Source of the DNA: a virus
Lineage: Duplodnaviria; Caudoviricetes
Length of the DNA: 64,000 nucleotides
IMG/VR virus record: IMGVR_UViG_3300020227_000045
Coordinates: 10,496 to 74,495 of that record
Reading direction: 5' to 3' (one strand)
The notes under the pieces are model-generated. The model worked only from the letters and a program-made list of their open reading frames with translations. It was not told where the DNA came from and made no database searches. Every line of letters starts with the position of its first letter. Position 1 is the first letter of the stretch. Below are positions 29,260 to 40,537 of the stretch, one piece after another. A program made the translations under genes and the position numbers.

Positions 29260-32235
29260 ATGGTTGCAAAACTCACAGAAAAAGAAGCAATAGCATTTGT
29301 CAAAAGTTTAGAAGGTAAGAAAATAGACTTTGATGGATGGTACGGATATTAACATAATGGTATCCTAACTCATTGAATTGACGGGAACCCCCTTAGAGCT
29401 TTAACTACTAACTTATCATGGTGACATAGGTAAGGGCAAACAGTAATGTGTTTGGTAAAGTAAAAAAGTTAAAGATTGGGAAATCCGCAGGTAAGCTACT
29501 ATGGTAACAGTAGTAGAAACTTCAACGACTAAATACTATCAATTGGTAGTTAGTGGTGAGTACTTGATAAAAGTTAAGTAATAATATAGTCTGTTCTTAT
29601 AGGAAACTATAAGAGTTACATTATACAATCAATGGTAGAAATATTATTGAGGAAAGATGATAACATAACAAAAAGCAATGTTTTGACCTAGCTAATGAAT
29701 ATTGGAATAAATTATTTGGCACAAGTCTTAAAGGTGTAGGAGCAAAAGACATACCTAATTCAAATAATTTTAAAGGTATAGCTAAGGTATATAATAATAC
29801 ATCTTCATTTAAAGCTAAACCAGGTGATTTGGTAATTTTCAACTCATCTTATGGTGGCGGGTATGGTCACGTAGCTATAGTTTTAAATGGAAATGCAGAT
29901 GGAAATTTAATGAAGTTTGTAAGTCTTGACCAGAATCAAATAAGGTTCCCTTTATATAGTAATATATAATTGAATAACACATTAAATTGCTGGAACCCCG
30001 TAAAGCTCAATTAACTACAACGTAATAGGAAACTATAAGCGTGAAAGTTAGGAAACTAGAAAAAATAATTGAGATACCATAAGCTGAGAAAAAGCTCAAA
30101 GAGTGCTAAGTGGTGAATAATCGGAAATCAGCATCCAAACCTACAAATAGTGGGGAGGTTCAACGACTATAATATGTGGCTCCTATAAGGAGTATGGTAT
30201 AGTCTAGTCCGTAAATAAATACTAGGAAACTAGCGGTATAGACGTGGCAAGGCGGAGGATGGACAAGTGGTCCAGAAAAAGGTGGTACAGGTTGGGAAGC
30301 AGCAACAAGAGTAACTCATCCATACGATTTCCCTATGTGGTTTATCAGACCATATTACAAAGAAGAGTCAAAAACAAAAACTACAAGTAAAAAAACAACA
30401 GCTAAGAAAAAAGCTAAAAAACTAACTTATATTCGTGATGAAGTAAAAGGTTATCGTTTACCTAATCGTGGATATAAGCCAAAAGGGATAGTTCTACACA
30501 ACGATGCGGGTAGTGCAGGTGCTACAGCTGAAGCGTACCATCGTGGATTAGTAAATGCACCATACTCAAGATTAGCTGCTGGTATTGCTCATTCTTATAT
30601 CAGTGGTAACACAGTATATCAAGCATTACCAGAAAGCAGAGTAGGTTGGCATACGGCTTAATTTAGGTCATTTGTATAGTAATATACATCTAAATGTGTT
30701 TTAATTCAGAGGAAGTCTAAACAATATAAGTTGTAGATAATTCTGAGCTAAGTTTATATTGACATATAATTATATTTATTGTATAATATTCATAGGAGGA
30801 GATTTTATGGAATTATACAAATTAGAAAATATTAAAGGTTTAGAAGAATTAAAAGGATACTCAATAGATAAAGAAGGTAACGTATACTCTCACAAATATA
30901 CAACTTCGAATGGTAATACTTTTTATTATCATATATCAAATGAACCAGTTAAGAAATTAACTACTAAAAAAGATAGTAGAGGTTATATAAAAATAGGGTT
31001 AAACGGTAAAAGTTTATTCATTCATAGGCTGTTAGCTTTATTATTTATTCCTAATCCAGAGAATAAAGAACAAGTAAATCATATGAACGGTGTTAAAGAT
31101 GATAATAGAATAGAAAATTTAGAATGGTGTACAAACAGAGAAAATAGAATACATGCTATAGAGAATAATTTGTTAGATAACATACCTTATGGCATTTCTC
31201 AGTACACTAAAGAAGGGTTACATGTTAGAGATTATGATACTTGTTTAGAAGCTATAGAATACTTAGGCTTAGACAAAGGTGCTTCTGGAAATATAGGAAG
31301 ATGTATTAGAGGTAAAAGAAAAACAGCTTATGGTTATATATGGAAGTCAATATAAAAAAGTGCAACGACTATCCCTTAGGACGAGTGCCAATAAAAATAA
31401 ATCGTCAACAGGAGTAGGGCTCAAGTCAATGGAGTGGGTGAAAATCCCTTAAATCGAAAAGGACACTTCCTTTTATAAGGAAAAGATATAGTCTATTCTT
31501 ATAGGAAACTATAAGGAGTTCATAAGAGAACCAATAAAGAGTTACGAACTTTATTGAATATTAAAGAACCAAAATGGTAATAAAAATTACTATGGTATAG
31601 AAATATGTCAATCTATAGGTGCAAGTGATAAAGTATTCTTAGCTAATGAACAAGCATCTTTCCAAGAAGCTGCTCGTTTATTAAATAAATGGGGATTAAC
31701 AGCTAATAGAAATACTATCCGTTTACACATGGAATTTTCTCAAACTAGCTGTCCTCATAGAAGTATGAAGTTACACACTGGTTTTGACCCTGTAACACAA
31801 GGCGTACCTTCAAAAGCTACACAGCTTAAACTCAAAGACTATTTTATTAAGCAAATTCGTGCTTATCAAAATGGTAAAATACCAACTGCAACTGTTTCTA
31901 AAAACACTAGCTCTGCAAGCAATACAAAATCAACTGTAGCAGGAAAATGGAAACGTAATTCTTTCGGAACGTATTACATGACAGAAAAAGCTAGATTTAC
32001 TAATGGTAATCAACCTATAGCAGCAAGAACAGTAGGACCTTTCAGAAGTTGTCCATTAGCTTATTGGTTCCAACCAGGAGGATACTGTGATTATGACGAA
32101 GTAATGCTTCAAGATGGTCACGTATGGATTGGATATGATTGGCAAGGACAAAGATATTATCTTCCTATACGTACATGGAATGGAGTAGCTCCTCCAAATC
32201 AAGGTTTAGGAAACCTTTGGGGTTCAATTAAGTAA
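29260..32235 (+). CDS. endolysin (CHAP - amidase_2 - SH3b) in 4 exons: 29260-29349, 29676-29936, 30245-30658, 31567-32235
   Basis: exons sum to 1434 nt (477 aa); joins give DGWYGY|[17 protein letters not shown]|WQGGG, LHND, GWHTA|[17 protein letters not shown] and an SH3b C-terminus. Confidence 0.93.
29350..29675 (+). ncRNA. group I intron lys-I1 (326 nt, ORF-less)
   Basis: TAT|taac...aaG|CAA; TTCAACGACTA and TATAGTCT. Confidence 0.88.
29937..30244 (+). ncRNA. group I intron lys-I2 (308 nt, ORF-less)
   Basis: AAT|caaa...acG|TGG; TTCAACGACTA and TATAGTCT. Confidence 0.88.
30659..31566 (+). ncRNA. group I intron lys-I3 (908 nt) with HNH gene
   Basis: GCT|taat...aaG|AAC; TGCAACGACTA and AAGATATAGTCT. 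Confidence 0.9.
30807..31355 (+). CDS. intron-encoded HNH homing endonuclease with NUMOD1-like tail
   Basis: AGGAGG SD, ATG 30807; [36 protein letters not shown]; C-terminal [15 protein letters not shown]. Confidence 0.92.
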   Translation: MELYKLENIKGLEELKGYSIDKEGNVYSHKYTTSNGNTFYYHISNEPVKKLTTKKDSRGYIKIGLNGKSLFIHRLLALLFIPNPENKEQVNHMNGVKDDNRIENLEWCTNRENRIHAIENNLLDNIPYGISQYTKEGLHVRDYDTCLEAIEYLGLDKGASGNIGRCIRGKRKTAYGYIWKSI

Positions 32236-32307
32236 CAGAAATTAAGAGAGACCTATTTACAGGTCTCTTTTTTTATGTTAAAATAAATATAGATAATAAA
32301 AAAGGAG

Positions 32308-33657
32308 ATGATATATATGGTAAATTTTAAAGAAACTGTTTATGAAAACGAACATATGAGAAAATATGTAAAAGATATAGAAAAGTCTAAAAATATAAGT
32401 AGTAATGACTCATATAGAAAATTGTATTGGGTATGTCCTATATGTAAGGAAGAAACTTTATCAACACCTCATAGTATTAAGAAACGAAAATATAGATGTT
32501 ATTCTTGTAATCCTAGGTATAAAGAATCTGTTTATGATAACAAATATATGAGAAAATATGTTAAAAATATTGAAGAGTCTAAGAAAATAAGTTCATCATC
32601 AAAGCAATATATAGAATGGGAGTGCCCAAAATGTTTAAGAGAGATGTATACTGCTCCTCAAAATGTTAAAAAATCTGGTTTTATTTGTCCTGAGTGTAAA
32701 CCTAGGTTTGAGGAATCGGTTTATGAAAATGAATATATGAGAAAATATGTTAAAAATATTGAATATTCTAAAATAATTAGTAGTAAATCAAGAATTAAAA
32801 TTGACTGGGAATGTCCTAAGTGTAAAAAATTAAAAAAATCTACACCTTTTTCGATTTCCCTTAACGGTTTTATATGTTATTTTTGTTCACCTAATATTTC
32901 TTATCCAGAGAGATTGATGACAGAGATATTAGAAGAAAATAAATTAAATTATGATACACAAGTAACTTTTGAAGGTTGTAAGAACAAAAACCATTTACCT
33001 TTTGATTTTGCTATATATGATAAAGAAAATAATTTAAAATATTTGATAGAAATGCAAGGAGAACACCATTATTTAAAAGAAAGCCATAATAGGTGGGATA
33101 CGAGTTTAGTTAAGGTAACGGATAAAATTAAAGAGAAATATTGTGATGATAACAATATAAAGCTTGTAACTATAGAATGTAAAAAGTCAGACTTTAATTA
33201 TATTTTAAATCGTATTGAGAACACAGAATTGTATTTTCTCCTACATAACATAGACAAAGATAATTTAAAAAATGATAGTTTAGTTAGGGATACAGATGTA
33301 GATATTGAAGGAATGGTTAATTTATACTTATTAGGTGTTAATTATAATAGTATAGCTAAATATTTTAATAGTAGTAGTAGTTATACCATAATTAATTTAC
33401 TTAAAAAATTAGGATATTATGAAAGACATAGAGAAATTAACAGATACCTTAATGTTGTTTTTGTAAATAAAAGACAAATATTTAAAAGTGTTCATGAAGC
33501 AAGAAGATATATGAAATTTAAGAATACTAATGAAATAAAAAGAAGTTGTGAATATTCAAAGAAATATGAAAATAATACAATACAAGAATGGATGTATATA
33601 ACAGATTATATTAATAAGTTTGGGTTTGAAGGTCTTACTTGCCCTATAGATATATAA
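32308..33657 (+). CDS. free-standing PD-(D/E)XK (DUF559/Vsr-like) endonuclease with three Zn-ribbon repeats
   Basis: three ~61-aa repeats (ESVYENxYMRKYVKNIE...WECPKC...CxxC), then LPFDFAIY...LIEMQGEHHY. Confidence 0.75.
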   Translation: MIYMVNFKETVYENEHMRKYVKDIEKSKNISSNDSYRKLYWVCPICKEETLSTPHSIKKRKYRCYSCNPRYKESVYDNKYMRKYVKNIEESKKISSSSKQYIEWECPKCLREMYTAPQNVKKSGFICPECKPRFEESVYENEYMRKYVKNIEYSKIISSKSRIKIDWECPKCKKLKKSTPFSISLNGFICYFCSPNISYPERLMTEILEENKLNYDTQVTFEGCKNKNHLPFDFAIYDKENNLKYLIEMQGEHHYLKESHNRWDTSLVKVTDKIKEKYCDDNNIKLVTIECKKSDFNYILNRIENTELYFLLHNIDKDNLKNDSLVRDTDVDIEGMVNLYLLGVNYNSIAKYFNSSSSYTIINLLKKLGYYERHREINRYLNVVFVNKRQIFKSVHEARRYMKFKNTNEIKRSCEYSKKYENNTIQEWMYITDYINKFGFEGLTCPIDI

Positions 33658-33817
33658 TTTTCTGAATTATTACAATTGATGTAATTAAAATATAATATAA
33701 AAACATTCTAACTAGTTAATTAAATATTATATTATAGCTTGTGAGAAAAGCATAAGTATGTTATGATTACTTATGTAATAAAAATACATTAAAAAATATT
33801 AAGGAGTTTTAAGAATT

Positions 33818-34555
33818 ATGAAGAAAACAATTTTTGCAACATTAGCATTAGGAGCAGCGATTACATTTGGTGGAGTATCTAGTAATGAAGCTAGTGCTGA
33901 CGAAATTGACTATAATAAATTAGCAGAACAAGCTAAATCAAATTCAGTAGAAGTTAATACGAAACCAATTCAAGAAGGAAACTATGACTTCTCATTTAGT
34001 GATGGAGAATTTACTTACCATTTCTACAATTATAATGGTAACTTTGGATATGAATATCAATATGGTTCAACACAAGTAAATAACACAAGTTCACAATTAG
34101 CAGCACAAGAACAAGCAAGTGAACAAAAAGTAGACCAACAACAAGCACAGTTTGATACTCAAAATGAAATTGATACTAATAAAGCAACAAGTTCAAATGA
34201 ACAACCTAAACAAGTAGAAGCACCTAAGGGAGAAGTTAAACAAGAAACTAAACAAGAAACTTCAACACCAGTACAAAAAGAAACTAAATCAGTTTCGGGA
34301 GGTTCTGTAAAAGCACAATTCTTACAAGCAGGTGGAACTGAAGCTATGTGGGATTCTATTGTAATGCCTGAAAGTACAGGTAATCCTAATGCAACCAATG
34401 GTCAATACTCAGGATTATTCCAAATGTCACCACAATCAGGTAACGGAACAGGTTCCGTAGCTGAGCAAACTAAATCAGCAATTAAATACGCTAACGAAAG
34501 ATACGGTTCAGTAGAAAATGCTATTTCTGCTCGTCAATCTAAAGGTTGGTGGTAA
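33818..34555 (+). CDS. secreted lytic transglycosylase (IsaA/SceA-like)
   Basis: signal peptide, IVMPESTGNPNA, RYGS...GWW. Confidence 0.88.
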   Translation: MKKTIFATLALGAAITFGGVSSNEASADEIDYNKLAEQAKSNSVEVNTKPIQEGNYDFSFSDGEFTYHFYNYNGNFGYEYQYGSTQVNNTSSQLAAQEQASEQKVDQQQAQFDTQNEIDTNKATSSNEQPKQVEAPKGEVKQETKQETSTPVQKETKSVSGGSVKAQFLQAGGTEAMWDSIVMPESTGNPNATNGQYSGLFQMSPQSGNGTGSVAEQTKSAIKYANERYGSVENAISARQSKGWW

Positions 34556-34579
34556 TAAATAAGACTAAGGGTATTCCCC

Positions 34580-35914
34580 TTAGTCTCTTTTTTTAAAATT
34601 ATTATATTTTCTACTTACAGTAAACCTTGAAATTTTGTATCCTTGTTTATTTAATATTTCTGTAGTTTGTCTATAATTATAACCAGAGTCAACTAATTCT
34701 ATTATTTTATTTATAGGATATTTATGCTTTTCATTAAGGATAATCAAGTTATCCCTTATTTCTTTTTCTTTAGATAAATTTAATAAATTATTTAACTCTG
34801 ATTTTTTTATAGAGTTCATGATATATTCGTAATTACTTTCTCTAGCATCAATACAAATTAATTTTATATTATTAGTAGAACAAAAATTTAATTTGATATT
34901 GTCTCTTTCTTTTATATTTTTAAGAGATTCACTATTAGAAAAACCTGACTTTTCATTATAATGCTGTAAACCTTGAATCTCTACTAGGATATTATAATCT
35001 ATTAGATAAAAGTCAAAAGGTAGAGGTACGGTAGTTTTACAATCTTCAAATATTTTTTGTGTTTCATAATTAAAATTATTAGTTTTTAGAACAGATTCAA
35101 ATAATTTTTCTGTGAAAGGAGTGTTATCACTACAAGAATTACAAATATAAAACTTAGGTAAATCTTTAACTTTATAAGTTTTTGTTTTTTTACAATTAGG
35201 ACATTCTAATACTATGGAGTTAGTTCTACTAAAATGTGTTGTTCCTTTTTTAGCATACTCTATGTTTTTTATATAAGGTCTCAAATCAGGTCTTTTGTTC
35301 CACAGACAGTTTTCACTATTAACAGTTAGTCTATTATGGTAAGGACTAAATTTCCTTTTCTTTAATGTGGTCTCTTCCCAATCAAACACAATACCTGTAA
35401 AATTGCATTTTACTTTATAACCTTTTACAGTTTTCATTTTTTTATATTTAGATTTTAAACGTTTTTTCTCTAATATAGTACAGTTTGCTATAACATCACC
35501 AACATTAAATTTAAAATCCTTATCAAAGGAACCACTTAAGAAATTTAATTTGGCAAACTTTATAGTCTCTGTCTTCCTGTTGAATACTTTTCCATTACTT
35601 AAAACCTTTAAACTTTTTAATTCTTTAGGTTTTTCTTTATACACAGGTTCTAGTATGGTTATAGTATATACAGTATTTTTGTGAAAACAAGTTAAATTTA
35701 TATCTATAGAATTTTTCCAATCAAAACTTGTTTTACCGTTCCATAATTTTTTAGGTATATCTCCAAGCATTATGTAATCTAAGTATAATGAATCTTTATC
35801 TTTATATAACCTAAAAGAATTATATAAGTCGTCAGTATAAAATTCTAAATTATTAGATTCCATGTATTTTTTAGTATATTCTAAATATTTTTCAGATAAC
35901 ATATTATCCCTCAT
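34580..35914 (-). CDS. free-standing PD-(D/E)XK (DUF559-like) endonuclease
   Basis: LECPNC...CNSC, then PLPFDFYL...LVEIQGLQHY; convergent with the transglycosylase. Confidence 0.75.
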   Translation of the reverse strand: MRDNMLSEKYLEYTKKYMESNNLEFYTDDLYNSFRLYKDKDSLYLDYIMLGDIPKKLWNGKTSFDWKNSIDINLTCFHKNTVYTITILEPVYKEKPKELKSLKVLSNGKVFNRKTETIKFAKLNFLSGSFDKDFKFNVGDVIANCTILEKKRLKSKYKKMKTVKGYKVKCNFTGIVFDWEETTLKKRKFSPYHNRLTVNSENCLWNKRPDLRPYIKNIEYAKKGTTHFSRTNSIVLECPNCKKTKTYKVKDLPKFYICNSCSDNTPFTEKLFESVLKTNNFNYETQKIFEDCKTTVPLPFDFYLIDYNILVEIQGLQHYNEKSGFSNSESLKNIKERDNIKLNFCSTNNIKLICIDARESNYEYIMNSIKKSELNNLLNLSKEKEIRDNLIILNEKHKYPINKIIELVDSGYNYRQTTEILNKQGYKISRFTVSRKYNNFKKRD

Positions 35915-35961
35915 TTCATATTATTTATTATATAATATATCATAACATATAGCTAAGTATA

Positions 35962-36096
35962 ATGCAAGGTTTAGGAAAATCATGGGCTAATGGTTCAGTA
36001 GCAGAACAAACTAAAGGAGCTAAACAATATATGATTGACCGTTATGGTTCAACAAGTGCAGCCCTTTCTCACCATGATGCGAATAATAGCTATTAA
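35962..36096 (+). pseudogene. orphan 3' end of a second transglycosylase allele
   Basis: translates to MQGLGKSWANGSVAEQTKGAKQYMIDRYGSTSAALSHHDANNSY, aligning with GSVAEQTKSAIKYANERYGS of 33818..34555; followed by its own hairpin terminator. Confidence 0.8.
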
Positions 36097-36191
36097 TATC
36101 TAAGACTAGGATAATCTCCTAGTCTTTTTTCTTTATTATATTAGACATAGGTATATATACCTATGTCTAAAAATGAAAGAGGTATTGCTAT

Positions 36192-36626
36192 GTGAGTGAC
36201 TACAACAAAAGAGAAATTTACAATCTTGTCTATTATTTATTAGATAATGGATATTTATGGCATATGCAATATGCAAACATTGTATTAATACCTAGTGAAG
36301 TACAAAAGATAATGAAAGAACGAGAAAAGTTTAATAAAAGTATCTTAGAAAGGATTGACAAACTTTTGGGTAAAGAAGAGCCTAACCCTATAAAGTATAT
36401 AGAAATATATACACAATCATGTGTAGTTAATTTAAATAATGAACATTATACAAATGAACAACTTAACACTGTATTTAACCAATTAGAAGAAGGTAAAAAA
36501 GTATATGTAGAGAGTGAATATAAAACAATATGTATTAAAGATTACACAGGATACCAAATAACATATATTAATGAATATAAGAAACATATGAGTAAACAAA
36601 ATGAAAAAGATATTAATTTAGAATAA
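36192..36626 (+). CDS. hypothetical phage protein
   Basis: 144-aa ORF after AGAGGT. Confidence 0.6.
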   Translation: MSDYNKREIYNLVYYLLDNGYLWHMQYANIVLIPSEVQKIMKEREKFNKSILERIDKLLGKEEPNPIKYIEIYTQSCVVNLNNEHYTNEQLNTVFNQLEEGKKVYVESEYKTICIKDYTGYQITYINEYKKHMSKQNEKDINLE

Positions 36627-36813
36627 ATTGACTACTATTAAAGTAGTCTTTTTTGATTTTGTGAAAAAAGGATTATATGCTATAATAAATATATAATAAA
36701 TGTATAAGATAAATATACATAATAAAATCAACAAGAAAGTTAATAATGTTATATTATGTAGAGAGTACGCATATGTATTTGAAAAATATAACATAAGAGA
36801 GGTGTAAAACCTT

Positions 36814-37601
36814 TTGGAAGAGACAAAATTTAATACTTTTGTTCCTTTAGATTTAGAGAAGTCTACAGAGGTAGAAAATGACACTAGAGAATTCTCTACA
36901 GTATCTGGTTGGGCTTCAACACCTAACTTAGATTTACAGAACGATATTGTAAACCCTAAAGGGATAGACATAGAGTATTTCGTTAAGCATGGGTATGTTA
37001 ACTACGAACATCAACCTGACCAAATCGTAGGTATACCTTCTGAAAATTGCTATGTAGATATGAATAAAGGATTATACATTGAAGCTAAATTGTTTAAAGA
37101 TAACGATAAAGTTATTAAGATGTTAGATTTAGCAGAAAAATTACAAAAGACAGGCTCAGGACGTAGATTAGGATTCTCTATAGAAGGAGCAGTGAAGAGT
37201 AGAAATGTTAATGATAATAGAATTATAGATTCTGTTATGATTAGTGGTGTAGCTTTAACTGCACATCCTGCAAATCCTGATGCTACATGGGAAAAATTTG
37301 TTAAATCTTTTGTTACAGGTTATGGTACAACACCAGAAACACAACAAGATGCAGGAGCATTAAGAAGAGAACAAATTTCAAGTAGTATTACTAACCTAAC
37401 ATATTCTACAAGCCTTCAAAATCCTAAAGACTTAGATAATTTATGGAAAGATGTAGTTAACTACATGTCTAAAAATAATCAACTAGGTTATGAGGAATCT
37501 ATTGTTACATTACAATTAGCAAAAGGATTATCAAGAAAAGATGCTGAAAAAGCAGTTTTAGATATAAGACGAAACGAATTAGATTCGGAAGGAGAAAAAT
37601 A

Positions 37602-37602
<1 letters not shown>
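36814..37602 (+). CDS. prohead protease
   Basis: VSGWASTPNLDLQNDIV, VNYEHQ, LGFSIEG, GVALTAHPANPDA. Confidence 0.92.
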
Positions 37603-38633
<1,031 letters not shown>

Positions 38634-38719
38634 ACAGTAAAACTTATGTTATATTATAGTACGAAGTGAAATAAAATTTAAACTTTTAAAAAAACATATA
38701 AATGAAAGGTGAATAATAA

Positions 38720-40144
38720 ATGACCGAAGAAAATAAAAACGGTTTTGAACAAAAGTTAAAACCAAGTCAACGTGAATTCGCTGAAAACTTGCAAGAACAA
38801 TTGTCAAAATCATTCCAAACAGGATACGGAATTACTCCTGATACACAAATTGATGCAGGAGCTTTACGTAGAGAAATTTTAGATGACCAAATTACAATGC
38901 TTACTTACACTAATGAAGACTTGATTTTCTTCAGACAAATTACTAAACGTCCAGCTCAATCAACAGTTATGAAATATGACGTTTACTTAAACCATGGTGA
39001 AGTAGGTCACTCAGGTTTCGTTCGTGAAATCGGCGTAGCACCTGTATCAGACCCTAACATCCGTCAAAAGACCGTTAACATGAAATATGTAAGTTCTACT
39101 CGTAACATGTCAATCGCTACAACGTTAGTAAACAACGTTGAAGACCCAGCTCAAATCTTGACAGAAGATGCGATTGTAACAGTTGCTAAAAACATTGAGT
39201 GGGCTTCATTCTATGGTGATGCTTCATTATCAAGTGAACCAACTAACGAAGGCGGACTTGAATTTGATGGTTTAGTTAAATTAATTTCTAAAGAAAACGT
39301 AATTGATGCAAAAGGTAAAGCATTAGACCAATTATTATTAAACGATGCAGCAGTTCACATTTCTAAAGGTTTCGGACAACCTACAGATGCTTTCATGCCT
39401 TTAGGTGTACATGCAGAATTCGTAAACGATATGCTTTCTAACCAACGTCAATTAATGTCAGACAACAGTGGTAACTTAACAGCAGGTTACAACGTACAAG
39501 GATTTAACTCAGTACGTGGACACATTGCTTTACATGGTTCTACTGTAATGGAAAATGACTTAATTTTAGACGAATCAGTTCAACCAAAACCAAATGCACC
39601 TCAACCAGCTAAAGTAAATGCTACTGTTAAAACAGACCAAAAAGGTAAATTTGAAGACCCACAAGAAACTGAAGTTAACTACAAAGTAGTAGTAAACTCA
39701 GATGAAGCTAAATCTTATGCTAGTGAAGTAGTACAAGCACAAGTTTCAAATGCTACAGATGCAGTTGAATTAACTATTCAATTACAATCTATGTATCAAT
39801 CACAACCTCAATTCGTTTCTATTTACCGTCAAGGTAAAAACACTGGTTTATTCTACCTAATTGATAGAGTAGCAGTTTCTCAACAAAACGAAGAAGGTAA
39901 CATTGTGTACTTAGACCGTAACGAAAACTTACCAGAAACAGCAGACGTATTCGTTGGTGAATTAACTCCAACAGTAATTCACTTATTCGAGTTACTTCCA
40001 ATGATGAGATTACCATTAGCTCAAATTAATGCTTCAATTACATTTGCAGTATTATGGTATGGTGCTTTAGCACTACGTGCACCTAAAAAATGGGCTCGTA
40101 TTAAAAACGTTCGTTACACAGCAGTTAACCCATACGCACAATAA
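38720..40144 (+). CDS. major capsid protein
   Basis: SKSFQTGYGITPDTQIDAGALRRE..., LWYGALALRAPKKWARIKNV; high-expression codon usage. Confidence 0.96.
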   Translation: MTEENKNGFEQKLKPSQREFAENLQEQLSKSFQTGYGITPDTQIDAGALRREILDDQITMLTYTNEDLIFFRQITKRPAQSTVMKYDVYLNHGEVGHSGFVREIGVAPVSDPNIRQKTVNMKYVSSTRNMSIATTLVNNVEDPAQILTEDAIVTVAKNIEWASFYGDASLSSEPTNEGGLEFDGLVKLISKENVIDAKGKALDQLLLNDAAVHISKGFGQPTDAFMPLGVHAEFVNDMLSNQRQLMSDNSGNLTAGYNVQGFNSVRGHIALHGSTVMENDLILDESVQPKPNAPQPAKVNATVKTDQKGKFEDPQETEVNYKVVVNSDEAKSYASEVVQAQVSNATDAVELTIQLQSMYQSQPQFVSIYRQGKNTGLFYLIDRVAVSQQNEEGNIVYLDRNENLPETADVFVGELTPTVIHLFELLPMMRLPLAQINASITFAVLWYGALALRAPKKWARIKNVRYTAVNPYAQ

Positions 40145-40243
40145 TTTAATAAACATTTTAAATAACAATTTAATACAACTCAATAAGCTAAGGTCATATA
40201 ACCTTAGCTTTTTTTATTATAATAAAAGAGAGGATACTAATAC

Positions 40244-40525
40244 ATGTTAAAATATAAAGGTTCATTCAATAAAAAAGTTCAAACTGTAGTAGGAGAAGTT
40301 ACAGTTGATGAATTTGGATTAGTTAAAGGATTAAAGAAAGCAGATGAAGATATTCTTTTAAATGGTTTTAACTTTGAACAAGCAGAAGAGTCAAAATCTA
40401 CAAGTAAAACACAATCTAAAGAGGATTCTAAAGAAGAGGAAAAGTCTTCAACTACTAAGAAGACAACAGGAACTACTAGAAAAACAACTGCACGTAAAAC
40501 AACTAAAAAAACTGAAGAGAAATAA
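40244..40525 (+). CDS. conserved small protein after capsid
   Basis: 93 aa, basic/Thr-rich tail. Confidence 0.75.
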   Translation: MLKYKGSFNKKVQTVVGEVTVDEFGLVKGLKKADEDILLNGFNFEQAEESKSTSKTQSKEDSKEEEKSSTTKKTTGTTRKTTARKTTKKTEEK

Positions 40526-40537
40526 AGGTGATAAAGA

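Noticed and set aside
13900-36190. Site-specific invertible segment with recombinase
   Set aside because: No inverted repeats shared by the two ends and no recombinase gene in the window; treated as a fixed rearrangement.
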